This document shows positions 35,523 to 46,474 of a stretch of DNA of 64,000 nt, piece by piece. Both the position numbers and the translations under genes were made by a program. This DNA is from a virus: positions 3,857-67,856 of IMG/VR virus record IMGVR_UViG_3300022602_000083. One strand, 5' to 3'. The notes beneath the pieces were generated by a model. The model ran no database searches. It was not told where the DNA came from and saw only the letters and a list, made by a program, of their open reading frames with translations. How positions within the stretch are numbered: the stretch's first letter is position 1; each line of letters opens with the position of its first letter.

Positions 35523-37102
35523 GCGAACACGAGTTCGATGAAGTAGAACTAGATACCGTAGAGGACGAGGAATATAGTCCGCTAACGGAAGATGATCAAC
35601 CAGATGAGCTAGATGAGCTATCTAAAGAATTTGTTAAGGTCCTGATTGATAAGATCATGGACTTTATGGAAATGCTTGTAGGACATAAGCTTCACCCGTA
35701 TCAAGAGCCTCTAGCACGCCGTGTTATTGAGTCAGTATTGATTAACGATGGTGAAGAGATCACTGCACTGGCTTCACGTCAGTCAGGAAAGTCAGAGACT
35801 ATCGCCAATACGGTAGCTACCCTCATGGTTATTCTACCTCGCCTAGCGAGGATGTATCCAGAGCTGCTAGGTAAATTTGGCGATGGTATCTGGGTTGGTA
35901 TGTTCGCACCCACGCAAAACCAGGTAGAAACACTTTACTCACGTACAGTGTCCCGCCTCACATCTGAACGTGCTATGGAAGTCTTTGGTGATCCAGAGAT
36001 TGACGATATGCCTACTAAGGCTCCAGGCGTAGTAAGAAACCTGAAGCTTAAGAAGTCGGGCAGTACTCTAATGATGATGACTGCTAACCCAAGAGCTAAG
36101 ATTGAGTCTAAGTCTTTCCACTTAATGATCGTAGATGAGTGCCAAGAAGCAGATGACTTTGTAGTATCAAAGTCTATTGCTCCTATGGGTGCGTACTACA
36201 ACGCTACTATGGTTAAGACCGGAACACCTACAACTTCTAAGAACGGCTTCTACCGCTCTATCCAGTTGAATAAGCGACGTCAGACTCAAGGCAGAAATGC
36301 TAAGCAGAACCACTTCCAATGGGACTGGAAAGATGTTGCTAAGATCCAGCCTAACTATGAGAAGTACATCAAGAAAGAGATGCTTCGTATTGGTGAGGAC
36401 TCTGATGAGTTCCAGATGGCGTATAACTGTAAGTGGCTACTTGAGCGTGGCATGTTCGTTACCTCAGGCATCATGGATGATCTAGGCGATACCTCACAAG
36501 AGATTGTAAAGGGTTGGCACCGCTCCCCTGTAGTTGTCGGAATTGATCCGGCTCGTAAGATGGATAGCACAGTGGTCACAGTAGTCTGGGTAGACTGGGA
36601 TCGTCCAGATGAGTATGGTTACTATGATCATAGAGTGCTTAACTGGCTTGAACTTCAGGGCGATGACTGGGAAGAGCAATACTTCCAGATCCAGCAGTTC
36701 CTAAGTAACTATGACGTTCTAGCTATTGGAGTAGATGCTAATGGCGTAGGTGATGCAGTGGCCGGACGCTTGAAGATTCTTATGCCTCGTGCAGAAGTTA
36801 TCCCAGTTACATCTAGCCCTACTGAGCAGTCTAAGCGCTGGAAGCATCTGCAGGCCCTGATTCAACGTCAGATGGTCTCTTGGCCTTCCCATGCTAAAAC
36901 ACGTAGATTGCGTATCTGGAAGAAGTTTTACCAGCAAATGACAGATGCTGAGGTTCAATATAAGGGCCCTAACTTTATGGTAGCTGCCCCAGATGAAGCT
37001 CACGCACATGATGACTTTGTAGACTCTCTAGCCCTAGCTTGCTCCCTAACGCAAGACATGGTTATGCCTACAGTAGAAGTAAGCTCGAATCCTTTCTTCT
37101 AA
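35519..37102 (+). CDS. terL: Terminase large subunit
   Basis: ASRQSGKS, IVDECQ, TGTP, GIDPAR and HDDFVDS. Confidence 0.93.
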   Translation: MSEHEFDEVELDTVEDEEYSPLTEDDQPDELDELSKEFVKVLIDKIMDFMEMLVGHKLHPYQEPLARRVIESVLINDGEEITALASRQSGKSETIANTVATLMVILPRLARMYPELLGKFGDGIWVGMFAPTQNQVETLYSRTVSRLTSERAMEVFGDPEIDDMPTKAPGVVRNLKLKKSGSTLMMMTANPRAKIESKSFHLMIVDECQEADDFVVSKSIAPMGAYYNATMVKTGTPTTSKNGFYRSIQLNKRRQTQGRNAKQNHFQWDWKDVAKIQPNYEKYIKKEMLRIGEDSDEFQMAYNCKWLLERGMFVTSGIMDDLGDTSQEIVKGWHRSPVVVGIDPARKMDSTVVTVVWVDWDRPDEYGYYDHRVLNWLELQGDDWEEQYFQIQQFLSNYDVLAIGVDANGVGDAVAGRLKILMPRAEVIPVTSSPTEQSKRWKHLQALIQRQMVSWPSHAKTRRLRIWKKFYQQMTDAEVQYKGPNFMVAAPDEAHAHDDFVDSLALACSLTQDMVMPTVEVSSNPFF

Positions 37103-37181
37103 TTTACTATGACAAAAGGCCCTCTACAAGACAGAATTAGACCTGAGGAACCTCAATCCCTTATCCTATAGGAGATAACAA

Positions 37182-37589
37182 ATGGCAACACCAAATATCG
37201 CACCAACACCTCAGTACCCTGAGCGTCCAGGTAACGTTTACGAGCGTAAGTTCTCGCCTGCAACACCTGGTCTTCGTGGACCTCTTCGCTTTGAAGAAGG
37301 CATTGCATCAGACACTGATGTCCCAAATGATTTCCAAACCGGCTTGGACCAAGGTTACAACACACCAGAAGGTCGTCCAAACCACAATGAAAACGTATTC
37401 GAGAAGTATGCAGATGAGACAATGCGCCAACGTGCACACGTCGGTTCTGCTGCTTGGGTAGAAGCTCCAACATTCCTTGGTGAGTTCTCACAAGGTAACT
37501 TCGGAGATCACTCTACAGTTGTTATCGAAGAAGTCATCCGCAATGGCGCACGCCAGGAGCGTTTGAACCCTGCTTCAGTAAACGACTAA
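37182..37589 (+). CDS. Conserved phage protein between terminase and portal
   Basis: AGGAG RBS, 135 aa. Confidence 0.7.
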   Translation: MATPNIAPTPQYPERPGNVYERKFSPATPGLRGPLRFEEGIASDTDVPNDFQTGLDQGYNTPEGRPNHNENVFEKYADETMRQRAHVGSAAWVEAPTFLGEFSQGNFGDHSTVVIEEVIRNGARQERLNPASVND

Positions 37590-37700
37590 TAGTACGCTAG
37601 AATAATCCACGTTCCCAGCTCCGTACCCTTTCTCCGGGGCTGGTGAACTTAATATAAATGAGAAGGATCCCGGGGGCACAATCATGAATGGACTTAACCA

Positions 37701-39419
37701 ATGAGTGGTGGCGTTGACTTTTCACCTCCCTCCTACAGGGCGGCGTCTTCAGACCTTACCATCTCCATCTCACCTCTTGGCCTAGTAGAACTTGCTGATG
37801 AAGAGTTCGAAGTACATGGCCCACGTCTCAATCGTTACTCTCTTAACTGGGCAATGTATCTGGGACATCACTGGTCTTATCGCCGTGAAATTGGAGAGTC
37901 GCAGATGGTCTATAACTATTACCGTGCCTTTACAGATTACATTGTTAACTTTACATTTAGCCGTGGCGTAACATTCCGTAGCCCACAGGCAACCGAAGCT
38001 ATTGTTCCTGACATCCTAAAGCGTGTATGGGAAATTGATAATGATAAGCACAGCATCCTATGGGAAATGGGACAGCAAGGCGGAGTCTCAGGAGACTGCT
38101 TCGTTAAAGTAGCTTATGAAGAGGGCTTTGTAGATTCTATTGGCCGTCCACATCCAGGCCGTGTTCGTATTCTTCCTCTTAACTCATCCTTCTGCTTTCC
38201 AGAATTTCACCCCCATGATCGCTCACGCTTGATCCGCTTTAAGCTCAAGTATCGTTTCTGGGGTACATCTATTGAAGGAACTCGTCAGGTCTACACATAT
38301 ACTGAAATCTTGACTGATGATCGTATCGAGGAGTACATTAATGACGAGCTTATTGACTCTCGTGCTAATCCTATCGGAGTGGTACCAATCATCCATATCC
38401 CGAACGTACTCGTATCTGGATCTCCTTGGGGACTATCTGACTGCCACGATCTAATTATTCTTAACCGTAACTATAACGAGGTAGCTACAGATATCGCAGA
38501 TATCGTCAACTACCACGCTGCCCCAGTTACAGTCATCATCGGAGCTAAAGCTTCAGCACTTGAGAAGGGCCCTAAGAAAGTATGGGGCGGTCTTCCAAAG
38601 GATGCTAGAGTAGAGAACCTAGAAGGTGGAGGAGCTGGTCTTACTGGCGCCCTTGAATACCTTAAGGTTGTTAAAGCTGCTATGCATGAGATGGTCGGTG
38701 TTCCTGAAGCTGCTCTAGGCCAGGTACAACCTATTTCTAATACATCAGGTGTTGCCTTGGCTATCCAGTACCAGCCTTTGATGAATCGCTACCACCAGAA
38801 GATGGTGCAGTATAGCCAGGGTGTACGACGTATTAATGAGCTTGTGCTTCTAACCCTTGCGTTCAAAGAGCCTGAAGCATTCGTGTATAATCCAGATGTT
38901 AACGGACCTATCAAGGCTAATCAGCTTGCTAACCTTGACTTGTCTGATCCAATTACATATGAATCTATTATTCATTTCCCACCTCCACTGCCTCTTGATA
39001 AGCTTATTGTCTTGCAGGAGATCCAGGCGAAGATGCAGATGAATCTTGAGTCTCGTGAAGGTGCTCTACGCCAGCTTGGTGAGGAGTTCCCAGATGAGAA
39101 GCTTGAAGAGATCCGTTCTGAGCTTATTGCCGATGCTAAATCTGATGGTGCTCTAAACCTCATCAAACAACAGATCGCTTCAGCAATCACTTCATTAACT
39201 GGTATGATGCCTGATGGAACGCTTCCTCCAGGAGCAGCTCCAGCAGATGGCACAGGCCCTGGACCACTAGGTCAACCTGGAGTTATCACACCGTTTGAAG
39301 AGCAGACATTGGCTCAGATGCAAGCAGAGCTTGTAACTAAGGCCTATGGCACAAAACTTCCAGGACGTCAGGTAACTAACGATCAGGAAGATACTCCTAA
39401 CTCGGAGGAAAATAAGTAA
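37701..39419 (+). CDS. Portal protein (SPP1 gp6-like)
   Basis: PIIHIPN...G.SD, SGVAL...QPL, size and position. Confidence 0.88.
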   Translation: MSGGVDFSPPSYRAASSDLTISISPLGLVELADEEFEVHGPRLNRYSLNWAMYLGHHWSYRREIGESQMVYNYYRAFTDYIVNFTFSRGVTFRSPQATEAIVPDILKRVWEIDNDKHSILWEMGQQGGVSGDCFVKVAYEEGFVDSIGRPHPGRVRILPLNSSFCFPEFHPHDRSRLIRFKLKYRFWGTSIEGTRQVYTYTEILTDDRIEEYINDELIDSRANPIGVVPIIHIPNVLVSGSPWGLSDCHDLIILNRNYNEVATDIADIVNYHAAPVTVIIGAKASALEKGPKKVWGGLPKDARVENLEGGGAGLTGALEYLKVVKAAMHEMVGVPEAALGQVQPISNTSGVALAIQYQPLMNRYHQKMVQYSQGVRRINELVLLTLAFKEPEAFVYNPDVNGPIKANQLANLDLSDPITYESIIHFPPPLPLDKLIVLQEIQAKMQMNLESREGALRQLGEEFPDEKLEEIRSELIADAKSDGALNLIKQQIASAITSLTGMMPDGTLPPGAAPADGTGPGPLGQPGVITPFEEQTLAQMQAELVTKAYGTKLPGRQVTNDQEDTPNSEENK

Positions 39420-39530
39420 TTTAGGCTGACAAACTAGCTATAGTTTGGAAACCTATATACCACCAAACAAAACCTAAAGGTCATCGTGGCATTAATTCGG
39501 ACAACGACCTCTCAAACCTAAGGAATAAGC

Positions 39531-40295
39531 ATGTCAGAAAACTCAACAGCAGTAGAGAGTGCAGCGGCTCAAGAAGCTTTTGCATCAGAAGCTAACCCAA
39601 CACAAACAACAGCAACTGCTCCTGAGGGACAGTTCACTGCAGTTAAGGGTTACACAGAAACAGACTTGCAGCGTGTACGTGAGCAAGAAAAATCAAAACT
39701 TTATCCACAGATTGACTCTCTTAAAGAAGAACTTAATCTTCTTAAGAAAGATCGTGATGAGCGTTTAGCGGAGGCTCGTGCAGCAGCAGAAGCTGCAGCA
39801 GAAGCTGACCGCAAGAAGCTTGAAGCTGATATGGATGTCCGCCAACTCCTTGAAACAAAGGAAAAGGAATGGGCAGCAAAGATTGAAGCTGAGCGTCTAG
39901 AACGTGAACGTGCGTTCGCTCTCCTAGAGCGTGAGCGTGAATATGCAGAGATCACACAGTATCTCAACCGCCGCCTTAGTGAAGAGCAAGAGAACATTGC
40001 TCCAGAACTTATTGATATGGTTACTGGAAACAGTGTCGAAGAGATAGAAAATAGTATTTCCAAACTTAAGGACAAAACGTCCAAGCTTTTGGAAGCGATG
40101 GTACAGGCTAACCAGCAAGTCCGTCGAGAAATGAAAGGCACAAGTACTACCCTACCTCCAACTATGGAAAACAACTCGGATCAACAATCGTTTACAGCGG
40201 AACAAATCTCCGCTATGTCGGTAGCTGACTACGCAAAGAATCGCAGTCGTTTAATCCCTGGAGCTAACGCCCAATCTAAGGGCATCTTCGGGTAA
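39531..40295 (+). CDS. Capsid scaffolding protein
   Basis: E/K/R coiled coil directly upstream of the capsid gene. Confidence 0.8.
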   Translation: MSENSTAVESAAAQEAFASEANPTQTTATAPEGQFTAVKGYTETDLQRVREQEKSKLYPQIDSLKEELNLLKKDRDERLAEARAAAEAAAEADRKKLEADMDVRQLLETKEKEWAAKIEAERLERERAFALLEREREYAEITQYLNRRLSEEQENIAPELIDMVTGNSVEEIENSISKLKDKTSKLLEAMVQANQQVRREMKGTSTTLPPTMENNSDQQSFTAEQISAMSVADYAKNRSRLIPGANAQSKGIFG

Positions 40296-40349
40296 ATCTT
40301 TACCTCTTATTACTAACCTAACCATATATGAACAAGGAGTAACACCGAC

Positions 40350-41426
40350 ATGGCATCAGCCGTAACAGGTACCGGCAATCTCGCCGCAGCACCTACAGCG
40401 TACTCTGGCGCAAACAGCCAGCTTACACAAGCAATTCAGACCATCTGGTCTAAGGAAATTCTATTCCAGTCAATGCCTATCCTTCGCTTCGAACAGTTCG
40501 CTGTTAAGAAGACAGAACTAGGCGTCGCACCTGGTCTCCAAATCAACTTCATGCGTTACAACAACCTCGGATTCGCTTCAACACTTACTGAAGGTGTCCG
40601 TATGTCAACAAACGCATTGACTGCACAACAGTTCTCAATCACTGTTGCTGAGCAAGGATACGCAATCGCAGTATCAGAGCTTCTCCTCAACGCATCATTT
40701 GATGATGTTATGGCATCAGCTTCACGTCTTCTTGGACGTAACATGGCTCTCTATCTTGATGGCCAGGCTCGTGACACCCTCATGGCTGCTTCTTCAGTCA
40801 TCTACGGTGAAGATCGCTCAGCTCTCTCAGCTGTTAACAACTGGTATGCATATGGCACAGAAGCAACTTCTCGTGCAACAATGACCGGTGCTTCATACCT
40901 CTCAACACGTACTGTTAAAGACGCTGTCGAGACACTTGCAACAAAGAACATCCCTCGCTTGGGTGAGACCTATGTTGCTTTCGTGCACCCACACCAATCA
41001 CGTCGTCTTCGTGACCTCCCAGAGTTCATTGAAGTAACAAAGTACGCAGCTCCAGGTAACTTCATGCTCGGTGAAATCGGTCGTTTGTACGACACAGTCT
41101 TTATTGAGACAACACAGGTTACAAAGGTAACAAACGGTGCAGGTTCAGGCTACACAACTGACACAGCTGTGGCTACAGGATCAATCGCATACCCAACTGG
41201 TGGAGGATATACAACACCAGTAACAGCAACAGGTAACGGTTCATCTGACCGCTACTCAGCAATCTTCATCGGAGACAACGCCTTCGGTCACGCTATCTCA
41301 CTTCCAGTTGAGCTTCGTGATGGTGGTATCTTGGACTTCGGTCGTGAGCATGCACTTGCTTGGTACGCAATTTACGGTCTTGGTCTTATTACTGACCAAT
41401 CTGTAGTTATCGCAGAAACCAACTAA
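40350..41426 (+). CDS. Major capsid protein (N4-gp56-like, HK97 fold)
   Basis: LTEGV, AFVHP, GEIGRL..T.FIET; strong codon bias. Confidence 0.9.
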   Translation: MASAVTGTGNLAAAPTAYSGANSQLTQAIQTIWSKEILFQSMPILRFEQFAVKKTELGVAPGLQINFMRYNNLGFASTLTEGVRMSTNALTAQQFSITVAEQGYAIAVSELLLNASFDDVMASASRLLGRNMALYLDGQARDTLMAASSVIYGEDRSALSAVNNWYAYGTEATSRATMTGASYLSTRTVKDAVETLATKNIPRLGETYVAFVHPHQSRRLRDLPEFIEVTKYAAPGNFMLGEIGRLYDTVFIETTQVTKVTNGAGSGYTTDTAVATGSIAYPTGGGYTTPVTATGNGSSDRYSAIFIGDNAFGHAISLPVELRDGGILDFGREHALAWYAIYGLGLITDQSVVIAETN

Positions 41427-41437
41427 TTAAATAGCTT

Positions 41438-41470
41438 AAAGAGCGGGGGGTTTTAAAGCTCCCCGCTTTA
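41438..41470 (+). terminator. Terminator after capsid gene
   Basis: AGCGGGGG...TCCCCGCTTT. Confidence 0.65.
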
Positions 41471-41504
41471 TCTAATCAAACAACCAAACAGGAGAATATA
41501 CATC

Positions 41505-41873
41505 GTGGCAAAAGCAAAAGTTACAGACGTCACAGGACGTCAGCGTGAAGCTCTACTCGCAGCTAACGCAGAAGCACTAGCAGAACGTGCTAATGAAATT
41601 TCACTAGCTACACAGACAAAGGCGCATAAAGATGCGACTGAGATTGTGGACCTAACCCAGAACCCAGAAGCCCCTACAGTAATTGATGAGGTCGAAAGCG
41701 TTGGCGTAAGCCTTGCTGATGACCAGGTAGTCATTCGTGTAGCAGAAAACCTAGACATGGTAACAATCGGCTCGGGTAATCACTATTCTTTCCAGGCAGG
41801 TAAAAAGTACAAGGTTCCAAAGAACGTAGCGACACACCTTCAAGAAAAAGGTTACTTGTACGACCGTATGTAA
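41505..41873 (+). CDS. Head-associated protein
   Basis: AGGAG RBS, position after capsid gene. Confidence 0.65.
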   Translation: MAKAKVTDVTGRQREALLAANAEALAERANEISLATQTKAHKDATEIVDLTQNPEAPTVIDEVESVGVSLADDQVVIRVAENLDMVTIGSGNHYSFQAGKKYKVPKNVATHLQEKGYLYDRM

Positions 41874-41889
41874 GTCGCACCACTAGCTC

Positions 41890-41934
41890 GCTTAACTCCA
41901 ACAACCGCCCTCCTGTTGGAGTTAAGCCCTTTTT
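41890..41934 (+). terminator. 14 bp hairpin terminator
   Basis: GCTTAACTCCAACA/TGTTGGAGTTAAGC followed by TTTTT. Confidence 0.75.
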
Positions 41935-41981
41935 AGGGCTAGTATTCTTGTATCATTACCGTAATAACTAACGGAGGATCC

Positions 41982-43325
41982 GTGGCAACTTTAGATACAC
42001 TCTCAGATAGACTCAGAGATGAGATTGGCGATACTGCCAGATCCTTTATCAATACTTATACTGGCGATGGCTCTACTTCTCGCTTTCAACTCGAACAAGC
42101 CCCGGTTCAAGGCAGTAGCCTAACCGTAAAGGTCACTGTATCAGGCACCACAGCCACTGTAACGGGCGCAGGATCTGCAGGTGGAATAATCACCTACTAC
42201 GCCACAAATACTTTCTCAGCGGGCCAGCTAGTCTCTATTTCAGGCCTATCAACAACAGCCTTTAATCTAACCGGTGCAACTATTGCAAGCGCTATCGGAA
42301 CACAATTTACAGTAGTAAGCTCTGCTACAGGTGTCTCTGTAACAGGTCAATCTGCCCTTGCTGTAGGCGGCCCAGTAACAACGGACATTTCATCTACAGC
42401 GATTATTGAAGAAGGTGTAGGAGTTCTTACCCTTCCTTCCGCAACGCCTCCACCTAATGGATCAATCATTAACGTATCCGGTCAGGCATATCGCTACTTT
42501 ACTGACTCTGAGATTCAATACTACGTCAACACTGCTTTTGGTCAGCATACAAAAGGTGAGACAACAAGTCTAGGCAGTAGCATTACTCAACTAGCTTTTC
42601 TACCTCCTATGGAGGAATACCCAGTTGTTATTTTGGCATCAACTTTAGCGCTCTATACTTTAGCTAATGATGCCGCATTTGATATAAGCATCATGTCTCC
42701 AGATGGAGTATCCATACCACGTTCTGAACGTTATCAACAGCTCATGTCCATGGTTCAGACTCGTAAGGAACAGTATCGTGAACTTTGTGCGATGCTTAAT
42801 ATCGGTTTATACCGCATCGAGGTTACAAGCCTACGCCGTATCAGCCGTCTTACAAATCGTTATGTACCACTATATCGTCCACAAGAAATTGACGATTGGT
42901 CTCTACCACAGCGTGTCTATCTGCCTATGCCTACATATGGAGACGAGACCCCTCAAAGCCCTGTTATGACACAGGATCTAGAAATGTACTCAGGAGACGA
43001 TTTCTCAGAGGAATTTGGCTTTACTTTGGATCTTACTAACTACACTCCTAAGGCAGAGATTGTTCTTTATGAGAACCAGGAATTTGCTCAAGTTGGCCCA
43101 GTTATCCTAGGAACCTTCAATATCACCAAGGTAACTGCCTCAGGTCAGACAGTGCCTATGCTTCTGCAGATGTCACTTCCAGGCAGTGTCACAGAGACCC
43201 TTCCACGTGTAGCCTACTACGATCTACGCCTTACAGATCCAAACGGTCTGGTAAAGACGTACTTCGGAGGTAAGGTTTACACCTTCCCTTCAGTCACTAA
43301 CTCTACCCCACCAGGACAACTATAA
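41982..43325 (+). CDS. Head-tail adaptor-like protein with inserted beta modules
   Basis: LRDEIGD...YFTDSEI split by inserts; C-terminal BppU-like YYDLRL. Confidence 0.65.
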   Translation: MATLDTLSDRLRDEIGDTARSFINTYTGDGSTSRFQLEQAPVQGSSLTVKVTVSGTTATVTGAGSAGGIITYYATNTFSAGQLVSISGLSTTAFNLTGATIASAIGTQFTVVSSATGVSVTGQSALAVGGPVTTDISSTAIIEEGVGVLTLPSATPPPNGSIINVSGQAYRYFTDSEIQYYVNTAFGQHTKGETTSLGSSITQLAFLPPMEEYPVVILASTLALYTLANDAAFDISIMSPDGVSIPRSERYQQLMSMVQTRKEQYRELCAMLNIGLYRIEVTSLRRISRLTNRYVPLYRPQEIDDWSLPQRVYLPMPTYGDETPQSPVMTQDLEMYSGDDFSEEFGFTLDLTNYTPKAEIVLYENQEFAQVGPVILGTFNITKVTASGQTVPMLLQMSLPGSVTETLPRVAYYDLRLTDPNGLVKTYFGGKVYTFPSVTNSTPPGQL

Positions 43326-43672
43326 TGGCTACAGTATGGACCCCAAACCCAGGAAGCACCACCCAGTATGTTGCCCCATCCTCTGGCTCTACGGAAGACT
43401 GTGAAGACGAACAACAAGTCATCTCGGTAAATGTACCGCCATCAATTACCCTGACTAACCAGACAAACGCTATCCCAGCAATTGCCTATCACTTTGTACA
43501 GTCAGTACCCTCTGCTGTCTGGACAATTGAGCATAATTTGAACTTTTATCCGAACGTAACTGTTGTAGACTCAGCTGGTACCAACGTAGAAGGTGAACTC
43601 CACTACATTGACTCGAACAACCTAACAGTAACGTTTACGTCAGCTTTCAGTGGAAGCGCTTACCTCTCTTAA
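43325..43672 (+). CDS. Minor virion protein
   Basis: WTIEHNLNFYPNVTVVD. Confidence 0.7.
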   Translation: MATVWTPNPGSTTQYVAPSSGSTEDCEDEQQVISVNVPPSITLTNQTNAIPAIAYHFVQSVPSAVWTIEHNLNFYPNVTVVDSAGTNVEGELHYIDSNNLTVTFTSAFSGSAYLS

Positions 43673-43683
43673 GGAGAAAATGA

Positions 43684-45240
43684 ATGGCACGTAGTTTCTT
43701 AACCCCTATTAACCTGAATCAGCTTGAGCTTCAGAATGCTCGTATTCAGAACCTTGCCACAGCGCCGTCATCTCCCGTTGCCGGTCAGATCTACTATGAC
43801 ACAACAGTCAGCCAACTTAAGGTCTATGAAGGTACTGGTTGGGCTCCTGTAGGTGGCGTAGCTACTGGTGCAGGTGCACCAGCAACATCACCTCTTTCTA
43901 CAGGCTCAATGTATCTTGATACAACAAACAGCCTTCTCTATGTTTCTAACGGAACTGCTTCATCTGCTAACTGGATTCCAGTTATGCCTTATGGACTTAC
44001 ATCAGATATTGCCAACCTAAACTCGGCAAATGCTTCAGGTTCCTCTCTTAAGGTTGCTCGTGCAGATCACGTACACCGCCATATTGATACAGATCACTCT
44101 GGAATTCACCTTAACGCCCTTGCTACTGCAACCGGTGCGTACTCAATGGGTGGCTACCAGATCAACAACGTTGCCACACCTACAGCATCAACAGACGCTG
44201 CTAACAAAGGCTACGTAGATGCTACTGCTCAAGGTCTTTCTATTGTTGAGAGCGCTGAAGCAGCAACCACATCTTCTCTTACAACTAACTGGGCGTACAC
44301 AGCTGGAACTGCTGGCGCTGATGGTGGTACTGGTGTTGGAGCAACACTTGTTTACTCTGCTGCTGGAACTTTCACAATTGATGGTCACGCCCTTGTAACA
44401 GGCGACCGTGTTCTCGTTAAGAACCAAGTAACTGGGTCTCAAAACGGTATCTATACAGTTGGAACAACAGGGGGATCAACTCTTACTCTTACTCGTGCTA
44501 CCGACTATGATAACCACATTGCTGGTCAAGTTGGTCCAGGGGACTTTATCTTTGTAACTGCCGGTACAACTAACGGCTCTACTGGTTGGGTTCAAACACA
44601 GGCCGGTACATCAACAACACCAACTAATGGCACTAAGCTTGGAACTGATTCACTATCTTGGACACAGTTCTCAGGTACTGGAGCTTACACAGCTTCTAAT
44701 GGTGTTCTTCTTACCGGAACTAACTTTACTTTTAACCCACTATCTACTGGTGGTTTGGCTACCGGCTCTTCTGGAGGCTATGTACTTCTTCCATCTACTT
44801 CAGGTCTTGCAACCTCAAGCAGTGGCCTTACCCTCAACCCAACAAGCACAGGCGGTTTGACAACAAACTCTTCTGGTGCACTTATTCTTCTAAATACCAC
44901 CTCAGGTATGAATACCACAAGCAGTGGCTTAGCAGTAACCCCTGGCCTCGGTATCACAATCACAGGTCAAGGTGCGGCCGGAGCTGCAACTAATAACCAA
45001 GTAGCTATTAACACCGACGTAGTAGTCCGTAAATATGCTGCTACAATTGGTGACGGAACAACGACATCATTCACAATTACACACAATATGGCAACCAAGG
45101 ATGTACAGGTAACTCTGTACGACAACACAACTAACGTTGAGTACACAGCAGATGTTACACACTCTACGACTAACACAGTCACAGTAGCTTTTGCAAACGC
45201 TCCTTCTAGTAACCAAATTCGTGTAGTAGTATTCGCATAA
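43684..45240 (+). CDS. Tail-fibre / decoration protein
   Basis: DAANKGYVD, DRVLVKNQ..QNGIY and ITHN motifs. Confidence 0.8.
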   Translation: MARSFLTPINLNQLELQNARIQNLATAPSSPVAGQIYYDTTVSQLKVYEGTGWAPVGGVATGAGAPATSPLSTGSMYLDTTNSLLYVSNGTASSANWIPVMPYGLTSDIANLNSANASGSSLKVARADHVHRHIDTDHSGIHLNALATATGAYSMGGYQINNVATPTASTDAANKGYVDATAQGLSIVESAEAATTSSLTTNWAYTAGTAGADGGTGVGATLVYSAAGTFTIDGHALVTGDRVLVKNQVTGSQNGIYTVGTTGGSTLTLTRATDYDNHIAGQVGPGDFIFVTAGTTNGSTGWVQTQAGTSTTPTNGTKLGTDSLSWTQFSGTGAYTASNGVLLTGTNFTFNPLSTGGLATGSSGGYVLLPSTSGLATSSSGLTLNPTSTGGLTTNSSGALILLNTTSGMNTTSSGLAVTPGLGITITGQGAAGAATNNQVAINTDVVVRKYAATIGDGTTTSFTITHNMATKDVQVTLYDNTTNVEYTADVTHSTTNTVTVAFANAPSSNQIRVVVFA

Positions 45241-45252
45241 GGAGGTTAAGAA

Positions 45253-45453
45253 GTGTCAAAGCCCTTTTTAACCCCCATAAATCTGGTCCAAGCTGCCACA
45301 GATCCTGGTACTGCTACAGCCGGAGATATGTACTTCAATACCGTTGATCAAGCGGTAAAGGTGTATAACGGCACAAGTTGGAACGATGTAGGAACTGGAA
45401 CAGGCGGGGGCAACGGTAATGCCGATGCCTACACATATATGGGAGTTTATTAA
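45253..45453 (+). CDS. Minor virion protein
   Basis: N-terminus FLTPINL shared with 43684; GDMYFN. Confidence 0.65.
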   Translation: MSKPFLTPINLVQAATDPGTATAGDMYFNTVDQAVKVYNGTSWNDVGTGTGGGNGNADAYTYMGVY

Positions 45454-45785
45454 TGGCTACATACACACCTACGGCTACACCTACACTCTTTTATAGAGGC
45501 GCCGCTACTACAACCACTTCAACTCTTTATACAGTACCTACTAGTGGCACGTCTTATAGCACCGTGTCTATCTTGACTGATATTGTGATCTCTAGCACAG
45601 ACGTTAACCAACAGACCGCAAGTATCTATGTAGATGGCGTGGTCTTGGTCCCTAATGTGCCTATTCCGTCTAATAGCGTTATCAATTTTCAGTTCAAAAC
45701 AGTCATGACTACAGGAAAGCTTATTACGGCAATTGCTGGATCTACAAACGTTAGCTTTCATATTAGCGGAATTCAGTTGCAATAA
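45453..45785 (+). CDS. Minor virion beta protein
   Basis: TLYTVP...FHISG. Confidence 0.65.
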   Translation: MATYTPTATPTLFYRGAATTTTSTLYTVPTSGTSYSTVSILTDIVISSTDVNQQTASIYVDGVVLVPNVPIPSNSVINFQFKTVMTTGKLITAIAGSTNVSFHISGIQLQ

Positions 45786-46114
45786 TGGCCATACAACAAT
45801 ACCCTGCCTATAATAACGTAGTTAACGCCCTTACCTGGAAGTATCAGGCTGTGGGTGGAGAGACTACTGTCTCTGGTAAAGATAACTTTAACCAGGTTCT
45901 TTTATATACTGCCGGTATTGAGCAGGTCTATTTAAACGGAGTTTTACTCGTTAGGGCTGTAGATTATACGGCTGTAGACGGAAAGACAGTTACTTTTCCA
46001 ATACATCTAAATACAAATGACTACTTACAGATTTACTGCATCACTGCCTACTCAGTTGCTACAACATCTGGGTCAGGAGAATCGTTTCATCCTTTCTTAA
46101 TGATGGGTGCATAA
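45785..46114 (+). CDS. Minor virion protein
   Basis: VYLNGVLL...DYTA; C-terminal HPFLMMGA. Confidence 0.65.
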   Translation: MAIQQYPAYNNVVNALTWKYQAVGGETTVSGKDNFNQVLLYTAGIEQVYLNGVLLVRAVDYTAVDGKTVTFPIHLNTNDYLQIYCITAYSVATTSGSGESFHPFLMMGA

Positions 46115-46141
46115 AATGGTACAATACGTTGAGGAGAAAAA

Positions 46142-46474
46142 ATGACATCGCCGTACTATAAGGTTTTAGGCCAAGCCTATCCGGCTGCTACAACAAATAC
46201 CGACGTCTACACAGTAGGTGCCGGTAAGTCTGCTGTTCTCTCAACCATAGCAGTATGCAATCAAACAGGTAATCAAATCACCTTTAATATTGCCATCCGT
46301 CCAAGCGGAGCAACACTAACTAATAGCCAGTATATTGCCTATGGAACTCCAGTAAACGGTAATACAACAGACTTTATCACTATTGGTACTACACTTGGGG
46401 CTGGAGATGTAGTAACGGTTTACAGTGCCACCCAAGGCATCTCATTTAACGTATTTGGAACGGAGATCTACTAA
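46142..46474 (+). CDS. Minor virion beta protein
   Basis: YKVLGQ..P...SFNVFGTEI. Confidence 0.65.
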   Translation: MTSPYYKVLGQAYPAATTNTDVYTVGAGKSAVLSTIAVCNQTGNQITFNIAIRPSGATLTNSQYIAYGTPVNGNTTDFITIGTTLGAGDVVTVYSATQGISFNVFGTEIY

